This document shows positions 22,844-22,887 of a DNA stretch of 22,887 nucleotides, piece by piece. This stretch comes from a virus: the UHGV virus genome UHGV-0306720; one strand, written 5' to 3'. Each line of letters starts with the position of its first letter. The stretch's first letter is position 1. The notes under the pieces are model-generated. The model had not been told where the DNA came from. It ran no database searches and saw nothing but the letters and a program-made list of their open reading frames with translations. Made by a program: the position numbers and the translations under genes.

Positions 22844-22887
22844 ATGAAACACACACCGTTTTTCTTCGCATTCTTTTTTACCTTCCC
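22844..22887 (+). CDS. pheL: pheA leader peptide pheL (partial, window ends before the stop)
   Basis: ATG AAA CAC ACA CCG TTT TTC TTC GCA TTC TTT TTT ACC TTC = MKHTPFFFAFFFTF, the Phe-rich attenuator leader peptide of enterobacterial pheA. Confidence 0.75.
   Translation, partial: MKHTPFFFAFFFTF

Overview
This window is the right-hand ~23 kb of a P2-like (Peduovirus-type) temperate prophage, running from the N-terminal part of the tail-fibre gene H (cut by the window start) to the integrase, with the host pheL/pheA leader at the extreme right. Gene order on the minus strand is H-I-J-W-V-S-R, lysis module (spanins, M15 peptidase endolysin, holin), X-L-M-N-O; terminase P and portal Q are divergent on the plus strand. 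The cos/packaging region lies internally after Q, as expected for an integrated P2-type genome. Next come an AT-rich accessory island, the early operon (cox, eight small ORFs, HUH replication initiator A), and the C repressor plus tyrosine integrase. The most interesting element is a two-gene actin-like ParM/StbA + ParR/StbB cassette sitting in the slot that P2 uses for tin/old, flanked by repeat- and dyad-rich DNA; P2-type prophages normally carry accessory or defence cargo there, not a plasmid partition module. Other points worth follow-up are a 322-bp structured non-coding gap inside the early operon, a translationally coupled single-TM micro-ORF, and an IR-bracketed micro-ORF in the AT-rich island. 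All protein assignments rest on reading the translations against remembered family features and P2 synteny; no database search was run. Many starts are GTG/TTG in the ORF track and start coordinates are provisional.
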